From: Sminthopsis crassicaudata
Lineage: Eukaryota
Assembly: GCF_048593235.1 (NCBI RefSeq)
Contig: NC_133619.1
Span: forward strand, 651,164,558-651,228,557
Direction of reading: 5' to 3'
DNA: 64,000 nucleotides
A program made the position numbers and the translations under genes. The notes under the pieces were generated by a model that searched no databases, had not been told where the DNA came from, and saw nothing but the letters and a program-made list of their open reading frames with translations. Positions 22,342-41,305 of the stretch are shown piece after piece (position 1 is the first letter of the stretch; the number at the start of each line of letters is the position of its first letter).

Positions 22342-22889
22342 TCCCAGCCCTGAGGGGTGGGGGTGGGGACGGATGGGGGAGCCTGACTGAGAGAGGCCTC
22401 AGGGGCCCAGAAAGGTGAATCCAGGGCTCCATGAAGCTGAGACTTGAATCACACAGGCAGCAGGAAAGGGGTTTGGCAGTGATGGGGGTGGGAAGCTCTA
22501 GAATACTAGCTGGTGGAGAACACCAGATGGGGGCAGAGGGGATTAGGAGATCTGGATGCTGGGCCCCGGCTGGGGGCCCTCTCCATTCTCCTCTGGGGTC
22601 CCGGGGTGTGGGGGCACAGCCTCCCACTGGACTTCAAATTGAAGGTAGGCTCGGGACAAGGGACCTAGGAGAGCTGTGGGCCAGGGGTACTAGGACGGGG
22701 GGGGGGGGGGGGAACTAGAATATTGATGGGGAATTAGAATTAGGAAGGTAGGGCAGAGTAATGGAGAATAGAATGAGGTTATCATATGCAGGATGCCAGT
22801 CCCAGGTGGGGGAAGGGGGGAGAGAATAAACAGATCGGAGAACTCCCCCAGCCGCACCCGGCCGAGGAGAGGGCGAAGCAGCGGAGCGC

Positions 22890-23090
22890 TCAAAGCACGG
22901 GCACGGGGCTGGCCCCGGCCCCGGGACTGGGCAGCTCGCGGGCATCGGGATGCACAAAGTCAGGGTTGACATAGGTGAAACCCTGAAAATCGGCTTGATC
23001 GATGCTGGCCAGGACCAGGCGGTCGGGGGGCGTCAGTGCCGGGGCCGCTCGGGTGAAGAACTTGTCAAAATTCTCACCGCTCCGACCACA
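22890..23090 (-). CDS. PRKCG: PKC gamma, exon 18 (last coding exon)
   Basis: [66 protein letters not shown] (turn and hydrophobic motifs). Total CDS 2100 nt = 699 aa. Confidence 0.96.
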   Translation of the reverse strand, partial: CGRSGENFDKFFTRAAPALTPPDRLVLASIDQADFQGFTYVNPDFVHPDARELPSPGAGASPVPVL

Positions 23091-23154
23091 CTGAGGAAAG
23101 GACGGGGGAGGTCAGTGGGGGCCCCTGCTCCTCTCCCAAGGCCCTTCCCATAGG

Positions 23155-25305
23155 CTGCACACGTACACCACACAAACAACACATGGTGCACATACACCAT
23201 ACATGCAACAAAATACAACAAACCACACACGTGGTACACACGGACCACAAATACCGCACACAACTCATGTTATACACAGACCCATACAAAACACCACACA
23301 CGTGGTACGCACGGACCACAAATACCGCACACAACTCATGTTACACACAGACCACATACACCACACATGTGGTACACATAGACCACATACACCACACACA
23401 ACTCATGTTATACACAGACCCATACAAAACACCACACACGTGGTACACGCAGACCACAAACCCCGCACACAACTTATGTTACACACAGACCACATACAAC
23501 ACAACACATACGTGGTACACACAGACCACATACAACACACACGTGGTACACACAGACCACATACAACACACACAACTCATGTTATACACAGACCCATACA
23601 AAACACCACACACGTGGTACACACGGACCACAAACACTGCACACAACTCATGTTACACACAGACCACATACACCACACACGTGGTACACGCAGACCACAA
23701 ACCCCGCACACAACTCATGTTATATACAGACCCATACAACACACCACACACGTGGTACACACAGACCACAAACCCCGCACACAACTTATGTTACACACAG
23801 ACCACATACAACACAACACATACGTGGTACACACAGACCATATTCAACACACAAGTGGTACACAACTCATGTTACACACACACCACACACATACCACATA
23901 CACACCACACACGTGGTACACACAGACCACATACACCACACACGTGGTACACACAGACCACATGCAACACAAGCCACACGTGGTACACACAGACCACATA
24001 CAACACAAGACACACATGGTACACACAGACCACATACACCACACACGTGGTACACACAGACCACAAACCCCGCACACAACTTATGTTACACACAGACCAC
24101 ATACAACACAACACACACGTGGTACACACAGACCACATTCAACACACACGTGGTACACAACTTATGTTACACACAGACCACATACAACACAACTCATGTT
24201 ACACACAGATACCACATACAACACACCACACATGTGGTACACACAGACCACATACAACACACCACACATGTGATACACACAGACCACATACACCACACAC
24301 GTGGTACACACAGACCACATACAACACAAGACACACGTGGTTCACAGACCACATATAACACAAGACACACGTGATACACACAGACCACATACAACACACA
24401 CGTGATACACACAGACCACATTCAACACAAGACACATGTGATACACAGAGACCACATACAACACAAGACACACGTGATACACACAGACCACATACAACAC
24501 ACACGTGATACACACAGACCACATTCAACACAAGACACATGTGGTACACACAGACCACATACAACACAAGACACACATGGTACGCACAGACCACATACAC
24601 CACACACGTGGTACACACGGACCACACACGTGGTACACACAGACCACAAACCTCGCACACAACTCATGTTACACACAGACCACATACAACACAAGACACA
24701 CGTGGTACACACAGACCACATACACCACACACGTGGTACACACAGACCACAAACACCACACACATGATACACACAGACCACATACAACACAAGACACACG
24801 TGATACACACAGACCACATACACCACACACTGGTACACACAGACCACATACAACACAAGACACACGTGGTACACACAGACCACATACACCACACACTGGT
24901 ACACACAGACCACATACAACACAAGACACACGTGATACACACAGACCACATACACCACACACTGGTACACACAGACCACATACAACACAAGACACACGTG
25001 GTACGCACAGACCACATACACCACACACGTGGTACACACAGACCACATACACCACACACGTGGTACACACGGATCACACAAGTGGTACACACAGACCACA
25101 AACCTCGCACACAACTCATGTTACACACAGACCACATACAACACAAGACACACGTGGTACACACAGACCACATACACCACACACGTGGTACACACAAACC
25201 ACATACAACACACGTGGTACACACACCACATACACCACACACGTGGTACACACAGACCACAAACCTCGCACACAACTCATGTTACACACAGACCACAAAC
25301 ACCAC
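23155..25305. repeat. ~2.1-kb CA/TG-rich satellite occupying nearly all of PRKCG intron 17
   Basis: Modules CACACGTGGTACACACAGACCACATACAACACAAGA and CACACAACTCATGTTACACACAGA repeat throughout. Confidence 0.95.
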
Positions 25306-25327
25306 ACTGGCCGAGGAAGATACTGAC

Positions 25328-25468
25328 TGGCCGCGGCCTGAAGGGCGGAGCGATCTCCAGCCTCTCTAGGCGCTCCCAGTCGATCCAGCGGAAGAAGCCG
25401 TGGCCCCGGATGGCAGCCTCGCCTTCAGGCCCCGAGCCCAGACGCTTCCCTGGGTGTTTAGTGAGAAA
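25328..25468 (-). CDS. PRKCG: PKC gamma, exon 17
   Basis: [47 protein letters not shown]. 141 nt. Confidence 0.96.
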
Positions 25469-25610
25469 CTAGACCGGAAGAGGTAGAAACAAGGAAAATC
25501 GCAGCAGAGACGGGGAGGGTCGGAGAAAGGAGAGAGGAGCGCGAGATAAAAGCCGGGCTTGGGGAAACAGTGAAACGAGTCTCAGAAAGGGCAGAAGGGA
25601 GGCACTCTCA

Positions 25611-26469
<859 letters not shown>

Positions 26470-26472
26470 TTA

Positions 26473-27049
<577 letters not shown>

Positions 27050-27061
27050 TCAGCGGGGTCA

Positions 27062-27586
<525 letters not shown>

Positions 27587-27590
27587 TCAC

Positions 27591-27737
27591 CTTGCCAAAA
27601 CTGCCCTTTCCCAGCACCATGAGGAAGGTGAAGTCGGAGATGTGCAGGCGGCCCGAGCCCGAGCCGAAGAAGCAGCGCTTGGAGTCGGTGGGGCTGGGGG
27701 AGGGGGAGGGGGAGGGCGAAGGGCCCAGGCGCACCCG
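27591..27737 (-). CDS. PRKCG: PKC gamma, exon 10
   Basis: [49 protein letters not shown] (hinge and Gly-rich loop). 147 nt. Confidence 0.96.
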
Positions 27738-28512
27738 CTGCCCAGAGGGAAGGAGACAGGGACGGACAGAAAGGAGAGATGAGGGGCGGGAGCCGGCAGG
27801 AGCTTCCCCGGACTCCCCAACCCAGGCCACCCAAACGGACACAGGACCTCCACAGAGGAGCACGGAGGCCTAAGGGACAGGCTGGGGGCCAGGGCAGCAG
27901 AGTCCCTAACTGCCCCCCCCCTAATTATCCCTGACTCGTCTGGCTTAGAATTGGTGAAAAGAAAGAAACGGTTTGGACCCCACAGAATGCAATAATGTCC
28001 TTGTCATATGTGAGCCAGAGAGACACAGAGGAAGGAAGGAAGGAGAGAGGGAGGGAAAGTAGGAAGATAGGAAGGAGGAAGAGGAAGAAGGAAGGGAGGA
28101 AAAAAGGGAGGGAAGGAAAATGGGAGGGAGGAAAGAAGAGAAGGAGGAAGGAAGNNNNNNNNNNNNNNNNNNNNNNNNNNNNNNNNNNNNNNNNNNNNNN
28201 NNNNNNNNNNNNNNNNNNNNNNNNNNNNNNNNNNNNNNNNNNNNNNNNNNNNNNNNNNNNNNNNNNNNNNNNNNNNNNNNNNNNNNNNNNNNNNNNNNNN
28301 NNNNNAGAGGGAAATCATATAAAAAGCCAAAGGAAGGCCCCAGAGACAGATAGACATGCTATAAGCGGCCCTGTGGAAGAGAGAAGCAGACAGCACCAGT
28401 AGGAACAGAGACTGAGAGGGCGCGAGTGAGGCAGGTTTGGGGAGAGGGAAGAAGCCCCCCATTCTTGAGGTTACATGCAGCTCCCAGTTCAGCTACTCTG
28501 GCCCCTCCTCAC

Positions 28513-28542
28513 CTCATACAGCTCCAGGGGATAGTTACAGGC
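28513..28542 (-). CDS. PRKCG: PKC gamma, exon 9
   Basis: ACNYPLELYE. cacag| and |gtgag. 30 nt. Confidence 0.94.
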
Positions 28543-28572
28543 CTGTGGGGCAGAACAGGAGAGGCAAGTTTA

Positions 28573-29370
<798 letters not shown>

Positions 29371-29494
29371 TCAGAAATACAGAACAGAAAGAGAGGGGCT
29401 GTTGGGCTGGGCTGGGAGCATCATGGCAGAGCTGAGGACAGAGGAGGAGGCCGGGTTAGAGCGGGCACCCTTCCCCGGGGACAGAGCAGCCTCA

Positions 29495-29662
<168 letters not shown>

Positions 29663-30875
29663 TCACGGCCAACATCTGTGCTCACACTCCCGCCCCTCCT
29701 CAGGGGGCCCTACCCACCCCTACCCACCCCTACTCCTCTCCTGCTCATGATGTCTGGACACCTCCTTTGTGTCTGTCAGTGTCTGTCTCTACCAGGCTGG
29801 CTTCTCCCTCCATGTCTCCTCTCTCTGTCCAGGTCATTCCCTTTCCCTCTGTGTCAGTCTTAATCTAGGGCTCTCTGTCACTGTCTCTGTCTGTGTCTCT
29901 ATTTCTGTTTCTCTGTTTCTCTCTTTCCCTCCCTCCTCCCTTCCTGCCCTTCTTTTCTTTTCTGTCTCCCCCCATCTCTGTCTCTTGCCCCTTTCCTCCC
30001 ATCCCGGCCTCCATTTTTGTCTCTCCCCCCATCACAGTCTCTTCTGTTTCTAATCTAGAGCATCCCCTGAGCCTATCTCCAATTTGTGTCGCTCAGTTGT
30101 GTCCAGGTCTTCGTGACCCCATTTGACATTTTCTTGGCAGATACCGCAGTGATTTCTCATTTCCTTCTCCAGATTTTACAGATAAGGAAACTGAGGCAAG
30201 CAGAGTTAGGTGATTTGCCCAAGTCCAACAGTGAGAGTCAATAGGCTCTCAGTCTACTTGGCCCCAGGCTGAGAATCTCCAGCTCTCTGCCCCATGTGCA
30301 CAGGCTTATTGAAAACAGAGCACTCTGGGAGCATCTATTCCGTCCTTGGCAAGACAAAAGTCACAGTTCCTCTCTTCAAGAAGCTCACACTTTTGCCAGG
30401 AGACAAGCACATAGAGAAGGTAACGGAGAGCACTAGGAGCCAGAGGGATGAGCAAGGCCTTATGGGAGAAGGCAAAGCTTGAAAGGAGCTTGGGGACTCA
30501 GAGCTGGCTAGCAGGAGGGAGTATTCTAGCACAAGAGCCAGGCTTGGGGGAAGGGGGAGAGGAGTGCAGGAGGGGAAGGGGAGCCTCCCGTCTCCCCCAG
30601 ATGAGGAGCTGAACTTTTTGTCTTTGGATCTCCATCTCCCAGAGCGGAGCCTGGGACACCACAGGGACTCAATCCCCTCTAACACGCAGGTTAGAAAAGC
30701 CCCTCCTGGTGCAAGTAGGGATGGGGAAACTGAGGTGGAAAGGGGGGAGCTTCCCACAGCTGAGCTCCCAGGTTTGCTCAGAGCCAAGGCCGGCCCCACC
30801 GTTCCCCACGAGGCCTCTCCTTCAGGCCCAGTGGGGGGCCCCCACGGGACCCCGCCCCGCTGCCCCCCAGACTCA

Positions 30876-31073
<198 letters not shown>

Positions 31074-31134
31074 TCAGCCAGGGCCACCGGAATGTTAAGT
31101 CCTAGCACAGTGCTCGGTACACACTAGGTGCTTA

Positions 31135-31383
<249 letters not shown>

Positions 31384-31541
31384 TCACAGAAGGCCGGCAG
31401 GGGTCCCAGGGCCTCCTGGGATTCCCCAAACTAGCCCCCTCCCTCCCTGCCAGGTCTCCCTAGTCCATCATCCCTCTGCCTCTGAGCCGGATGAGTAGCC
31501 CCGCCCCCAAGGGGGCTTCCCCTCCCCGTGTTGGGGTTCTA

Positions 31542-33170
<1,629 letters not shown>

Positions 33171-33299
33171 TGCCTCTCGTGTCTCTGGCTTCCTACATTT
33201 CGGACCGAGGCAGCTGGCCCTTGGGGAGAGGAGGCTGATTCTCAGCTCTGGACCAGAAGGGAGCTTTGCTGGCTGCTGGGCAGGAGGTGATTCAGCACA

Positions 33300-33495
33300 T
33301 AGATGAGTGGGCTTAGAGTAAGGATGATCTGAGCCCAGATCTCATCTCAGACACGTGACCTTAAGCAAGTCCCTCAGCCTCTCTGCCTCAGTGTCCTCAC
33401 CTGCAAAACGGTGATAATAATAGCACATATCTCCCATTGTTGTAGTGAGGATCAAACAAAGCATGTGTAAGGTGCCCTAGAAATGTGAGCAGTAA
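33300..33495 (+). mobile_element. MIR fragment in PRKCG intron 3 (similar scraps at ~6825-6935, 12388-12492, 21780-21900, 30160-30260)
   Basis: GTGACCTTAAGCAAGTC...CCTCAGTGTCCTCACCTGCAAAACGGTGATAATAATAGCAC...GTGAGGATCAAA. Confidence 0.65.
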
Positions 33496-34524
33496 TTGTT
33501 ATGCAGTCTGGCCCCTTCGTATTACAGAGGGAGACTGAGCACTAGAGACTCTCCCAGGGCGGCACGGCTGCAGACAGTGCCCGGCCTCCTGCCTCTAAAT
33601 GGGGGGCTCCGTCATCAGCCTGCTGCGTCTCCTGTCTCTCTGGGTACTTCTCTGTCTCCCTCCCCCCCGTCTCTGCCTTTGCCCGCCACCTCTCTGATTG
33701 TAGCGTCTCCCCTCCTAAGGGGGGGCTCTCATTAGGGGTTTACAAAGCTCCTTCCTCACAGCGGCGGCCAAGGAGGCGGCCCCAGGCTTTACAGATAAGA
33801 GAACTGAGACTCCGAGGGCGAGGCCCCACGTCCAGGAAGGGGCACACTGGTGACCGAGGGGCGCGGCTGGCTCCGCCAGGCACTGTCTCCGTGCCCTCTG
33901 ACCAGAGATGGGCGGGCGGTGGGAGTCAGGCAGCCGCAGCTGGAATTTCAGCTCTTCTCTGTCTTCTTGGATGAGTCCCTTCCCTTTTCCCTCTCACTTA
34001 TATAAAGTAAGAGAGTTGCACTCCTGACCCCCAGGGCCTCTCCAGTTACTTCCTCCATTCAATCTCTCCCTCCCTTGATGTCTCTCCTACTCCATCTCTT
34101 TCTGGTTTGTGGGATATTCACTCGCTCTCTCCTTGGCTTTGACAAGGAGGCAGAAAACCCCCACAAGAAAGGGCCAGCCCATTGAGCCCAGACTGAGGCC
34201 ACTTTGGCGTCGAATCGCCCGTCCCTGCCTCGTCACGACCTTGGATAGTCACTTCCCTTCTAGCAGCCTCGGTTTCCCAACTAATAATAAAGGAATACAA
34301 CGACGCTTTCGGCTTTATAAAGTGATTCCACGTTTCGGAGACTGTAAAGGCTCGAGATAGGCTTCTGCCCTTCTTCTGTCTCATGGATCCCTCGTCTCCA
34401 GGATATGTCCGCCTCTGGCTCCCCATCTCTTGGGCTGTCCTGCCTTTCAGGATCTCTCTGGACCTCTTGCCCACTATCACTGTGTCTCTTGCCCATGCCA
34501 TCTCCCACAATATCCCTGCCCCTA

Positions 34525-35565
<1,041 letters not shown>

Positions 35566-35904
35566 CNNNNNNNNNNNNNNNNNNNNNNNNNNNNNNNNNN
35601 NNNNNNNNNNNNNNNNNNNNNNNNNNNNNNNNNNNNNNNNNNNNNNNNNNNNNNNNNNNNNNNNNNNNNNNNNNNNNNNNNNNNNNNNNNNNNNNNNNNN
35701 NNNNNNNNNNNNNNNNNNNNNNNNNNTATCTCTTTCTCTGTCTCTCTCTCACACACACACAATGTCTCTGACTATCTCTCTGTCTCTGTCTCTCTATCTC
35801 TTTCTCTGTCTCTCTCTCACACACAATGTCCCTGACTATCTATCTCTGTCTCTCTCAATCTCACACACAGACACTGTCTCTGTCTCTCTCTCTGTATGTC
35901 TCTG

Positions 35905-35957
<53 letters not shown>

Positions 35958-36042
35958 CTCTGTCTCTGTGTGTCCTTGTGTCTGTCTGTCTCCCTCCTCT
36001 CTCTTCTCTCCTCTCTCTTTCTCTCTGTCTCTGTCTCTCTTC

Positions 36043-36084
<42 letters not shown>

Positions 36085-36204
36085 GGTTGAACTAGGTCTT
36101 GATCTCTGCCCGCCTTCCTCTCTGTCTGTCTGTCTGTCTGTCTGAATGTCGATCTCCGGGCGACTCCCCGGGTATCTCTGACTCTCCCTCTCCCCTCACT
36201 GGCT

Positions 36205-36218
36205 GTTCCCATGGTAAC
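36205..36218. promoter_or_regulatory. RFX X-box in PRKCG intron 2
   Basis: GTTCCCATGGTAAC. Confidence 0.7.
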
Positions 36219-36411
36219 AGATTCCCAAAGATCCTTCCCCACCTGGAGCTGCGGGGGCCCCCACACTCCTCCTTCCTCCTCCCAGGCCTGGCCCCATCCT
36301 AGTCCTCAGAAGCTCAGCTTCTGCTCCACACGAACACGTGGGCCCCTCCCCCGGGACACGCAGAGCCCTCTGCTCTCCAGAGACCCCGGCCTCCGCAGCC
36401 CCAGCTCTCAC

Positions 36412-36443
36412 CTTGACACTGCAGGCCCTGTTTGCCGATCCCC
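36412..36443 (-). CDS. PRKCG: PKC gamma, exon 2
   Basis: GIGKQGLQCQ. tttcag| and |gtgag. 32 nt. Confidence 0.95.
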
Positions 36444-36756
36444 CTGAAATGAGGCAGACTTTCAGGTCAGTGGGCTGTAAGAGAGGGGGGACTCTCCCGG
36501 CCCCTGCCCCTAGCAAGCACTCAAGTTCCCAGCTCCTTCTCTCAGAGCCCTCAGCCCTGGGCCCTCGGGACACAGGAGCCCCTCCTCCAGCCTGACTTCT
36601 GGAGACCCCTGGGGAGCCCCTTCCCCTTGAGCCACAGAGCTCCCTACCAGCTGCTGCCCCGACTCCCCCTCCTGTCTCCCGGCTTCCTCCCGCTTGGGTC
36701 CCAAAGCCCCCTCCCCCAGCCCCGCCCCCTAGGGCCCCAGAGCCCTGCCTCCCTCA

Positions 36757-37209
<453 letters not shown>

Positions 37210-38215
37210 ACNNNNNNNNNNNNNNNNNNNNNNNNNNNNNNNNNNNNNNNNNNNNNNNNNNNNNNNNNNNNNNNNNNNNNNNNNNNNNNNNNNNNNNNNN
37301 NNNNNNNNNNNNNNNNNNNNNNNNNNNNNNNNNNNNNNNNNNNNNNNNNNNNNNNNNNNNNNNNNNNNNNNNNNNNNNGAAGTGAGGTGGAAAAGGAAGA
37401 GGAGGAAAGATGAAAGATGTGGGAAGAGGAAGAGTGGAGAGGCAGGGGAAAGGAGGAGGGAGAGATGGGAAGAAGCGCGGGGAGGAGAGAGGGAGCGAGC
37501 CGGGGACGGAGATGGCCGGGACCCGGGAGAAGTGAAGGGACGCCGGAGACAGGGAGGGGCCCAGGCAGAAATGGGCAGAGGCAGCTAGGGAGAGAGAAGT
37601 GGGTAAAGGCAGAGGCGAGGAGGAGGAGGAGGAGGAGGAGGAGGAGACAAGAGGGGTGGGGAGGGAGTCCCGGGGCCGGGGAGGGGCCGGGAGGGGGGCC
37701 GGAGGGCGCGGCGAGCCAGGACCCGCTGCTCGGGCTGAGCTGCGCTATGAGGAGGCTCTTGGGCACCTGCTGAAAAGTGGGGGCCCGGGGAAGGGGTGTT
37801 AACCGTGACGACCGAGAGGGCGGGACTTCCTCTTAAAGGTGCCCCCCAACCCCACCCCCGGCAGTCTGTGCATCTATCTGTCCGTCCCTCTCACACCCCC
37901 ACGGACTAGCTCTAGCTCCCTGCCCCCCCTCCCCCAGTTCCCGAAAATTCCTCGTCTGACTCAGTCTCTCCCCGTCCCACCCAGACCCTCCCAGCTCTCT
38001 TCTCCAGCATCTCCCGCCTCCCCGCCTCTCTCTGAGTCTGTCTCGTCGTCTCTGTGGGGTGTGTCTCTGTCTCTCGTCTCTATCCCCCCATCTCTCCGTC
38101 TCCACTTGTTCTTCACTATCTCTGGGTCTGACTCAGTCTGTCTCAGTTCTCCCGGTCCCGCCCCCGTTGCCCTGGGCACCATCCGCCGCCCCTCACCGCC
38201 CGAAGCCGAAGGTAA

Positions 38216-38299
38216 CGCGATGCATTGTGGACAATGTAGTCCAGCTGTAGCCTCGGAGGGCGCCTTGGGCGGAGTTGGAAACTACAGCCCCCAGCATGC
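38216..38299. promoter_or_regulatory. Divergent pair of ZNF143/THAP11-type (ACTACA-SBS) motifs upstream of PRKCG
   Basis: Minus ACTACATTGTCCACAATGCATCGCG (38240-38216) and plus ACTACAGCCCCCAGCATGC (38281-38299). Confidence 0.65.
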
Positions 38300-41200
38300 C
38301 TCGCAGCAGCTCGGCCCCTAACAGCCTTGCAGCCCTCCCGGGCTGGGGAGTCGGGAGCCTGAGCCCAGCCCGGGCCTGGGACCTCCCTAGCAGCCCCTCG
38401 ACCCTCCGGGGCTCTGTGGCTCCAGGCTTGCCTCTCGATCTCCTGCCAGCCCCTCCCCCGGGATCGCAGTGTCCGAGCTGGCACCTTGAAACCCTTTAGT
38501 CCCTAACTTGACAGAAAAGGAAACTGAGGCTCCGAGGAGCCAAGGCGTTGCTCGGAGCCGCCCAGCAGCACCAGGGGCAGAGCAGTGTCCATGCGCCAGC
38601 AGGTTAGGTCTCTGTCTCCCCGATTGTCCATCTCGGTGTCTCTCCGAGTCTGTCTGTTAGTCTTTATGTCAATCACCTGCCCTGCGTGGATTAGGGAAGA
38701 GCTCGGTCTGTCTTTCCGGCCTTCTTACCCCCCTCCCCCACACGCTTCGAGGCGGTGACGCCGGTCTCGCGTGTTCCTGCCGAGACCTGGACCCCTCCCC
38801 TTCGGGCTCGGCCGGCCCAAGCCGGCGCCTGCAACGTCCTCCTCCCCATCTCAGCCCCCCCCCCCCTTTACAAGAAGCCTTTCTCATCCCTCTTCATTCG
38901 GTGCCTTCCCACTGAGGGGAAATGCGTCTCCGGTGCCTTTCTAGGCCTGGGGCTGCCCATCCCCCACCCCTGGATCGGGCGGCCTGCAGAGCAGGGTCCG
39001 TGCTTCGCCTCCGTCTGCAGCACGTAGTCGCGCCTGGCACCTACTAGGAGCTTAATCAATGCTTCCGGCCCAGGCTCGAGAACTGGTCCCGGAGGCGGGG
39101 CCCCTCCCAGGCTCCTTCTCGCGTCGTTGTGGAGCCCCCTTGGGGCTCTGTGCCGGGCTTTAAGAATGTCTGGTTTCAGGATCCAACCCTAAGGTGGGGA
39201 GGGGGAGGAGTGGGTTGATCGGCCCCCCTCCCCCCAGCCGGGACCAGTCCGCTCCGAGGCCCCGCCCAGCGGCCTGGGCCCGGGGCGAGGTCTCACTTTC
39301 CCTTTCTCCCGCAGGATTTGCCCTCGGGCCGAGGCTGCCTGGGGCTGAGCATCAGGGCACGTGGCCCGCTTCCGGAGCCCTCTGGGCATGAGTTCTCCGG
39401 GGAGGGGGGGCGGGGCAAGCCTCCAGCCGCTTCCGGGCGCTTTCCAGGGAGTCCGGGGCCACTGGATATCAATCCCAGCTGGGAAATGGGGACAGCAGCA
39501 GCGGCGCCGGGCAGCCCAAGGGTGGAGCCCTTGTTGGGGACCACCTGCTCGGCTCGGGCCTCGGGCGCCTCAGGGCCCGGGAGGCAGGAGGGCTGGACCC
39601 CCAAGCCCAGCTCCCCCACCCACTTGACGCCATGACGGTCCCCAGGCCCCGATTCTCTGGGGTTTACTGGCAAACCGCCCGGTGAGGGACATGAGGCAAA
39701 TAAGGGTTCGCCCCATTGTCCAGATGATGCAATGGAGGCGCCAGTGTGTGCTACAAAGTATCTGAGGCAGAATGTACTCAGTTCTCCAGGCCTCCCGGGT
39801 CTCCAAGGAAGAGGCAGCGTCTTCTCCGTGGGGGGGGGGGGGGAGTGCCCCAGGAAGCCGAGGGGATAAGTCTTGGGGCCAACTTTTGAGGCAAGGGGCA
39901 AATCCCCCCCAGCTTTAAAACAGCCTGAAGACCCGAGTTCAAATCCGGGGGCTCCGCTACCGGCGGGTTGGGCAAGTTCCTTCCCTTCTCTGGTTTCACC
40001 TTGCAAATGAGGAAGTAGGCCTAGAGCGGCCCAGAGGAGTCGGCCCTTCGGCGGAACTGGAACCTCGCCGATCCTCCCCTTCACTTGGGAGGGAGGTGCC
40101 CTTATCCCCATTTGGCAAACGAAAGCGAGGCCCGGAAGGACTGGCCTGGCCTGCCGGCCAGAGCTTCTAAGAATCTGAAACGGGATTGGAATCCACTTTC
40201 TGCCCTGTGACGCCGGCCCAGATGGAATCCATAGGATTTAGAGCTGAGACTCCTGTTCCTCCACCCCATCCCCATCTTAAAGATGAGAAAACTGAGGAAG
40301 CCCAAACTTGCCAGAAAGTGGGGTGCTAGGGGCCCAAGTCCCAGGCCAGGACGTCTCCCCCCCAACTTCCTGCCTTTTCAACCTCCTCCTCCCAGCCAGT
40401 GCCTAAGAGCCTCGGGAGTTTGGGGGCTGCCCCTTCCCTCTCACCCCAAAGAATCCACCAGAACAAACACTTCATATGTGGCCTTTATAGTGAGGTAAAA
40501 AAAAAAAAAAAATTGCAGATACTAATTGCAGATGTGTAGGGAGGAGGAGGGGCAGCATGTAACAGCATCACATCCAACACAGCAGACCCCCCAGATAAAG
40601 CAATGTGGGGCGCTCGGAAGGGGCGGCAGAACCCTCTCACACACACACAGCAACGGGGCGCAAGCAAGGACCCTCTGCTCCCTTCTCTCGGCTCCTCCAG
40701 ATCCCTCCCACTGCCCCACAGTCTGAAGGAAACCGTGCGAGCAGATGGGGAGCCCAGTGCTCCCCTGCTGCCTCCCTGGGAGGACGAGGACTCTCTGGGG
40801 GAAGAGCTGCAGCAGGTGTTGGGATGACAGAGCCCAAGGTGGAGCAGGGCTTGGATCTGGGCCCTCCCACGGGAGAATCCTACACACCTCCAAGAATACA
40901 TTTCGCACGTGGAAGCGAAGGTGCATTTGGCACAGAGAGGCTGCCCCGGCGCCTCCAGTCAAGCGGGAAGAGGATGGAGAAGGCGGCCACGGCCTTTTCC
41001 AGCTCTTTCAACATTCACGCGGGCTAAGGCACACAGGACTGGGGAGGGGAGCGGGCGGACCAACATGCTTTGGCAGTAGGAACCCGTGGCCCGGGGAGGG
41101 GGGGGGCGATGTGTGGCCCTAACCCCGAGTAGCTTCTGGTGGGATGGCCAGGGCTAAGAAGCTCAGCACCTTAGAAGGGGGTGGGGCAGGCAGAAGGGCA

Positions 41201-41305
41201 GAGTCGGGGAGAGCTGGCCAAGAGCAGGAGAGGGCGGTGGGGAGAGAAGCAGGCGGGGGACGGGACGGGATGAGGAGGAGTGAAGTGGAGAGGCCGGTGC
41301 CCGGC

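Noticed and set aside
23183-25369. Many long His/Thr- or Cys/Val-rich ORFs on both strands
   Set aside because: Artefacts of the intron 17 satellite; open in several frames at once.
38564-38584. REST/RE1-like sequence GCAGCACCAGGGGCAGAGC upstream of PRKCG
   Set aside because: Several mismatches, including in the GGACAG core; too weak in GC-rich DNA without binding data.
40484-40489. TATAAA as the MYADM poly(A) signal
   Set aside because: Plausible (followed by a GT-rich stretch) but non-canonical, and I found no AATAAA to anchor it, so it is not listed as a feature.
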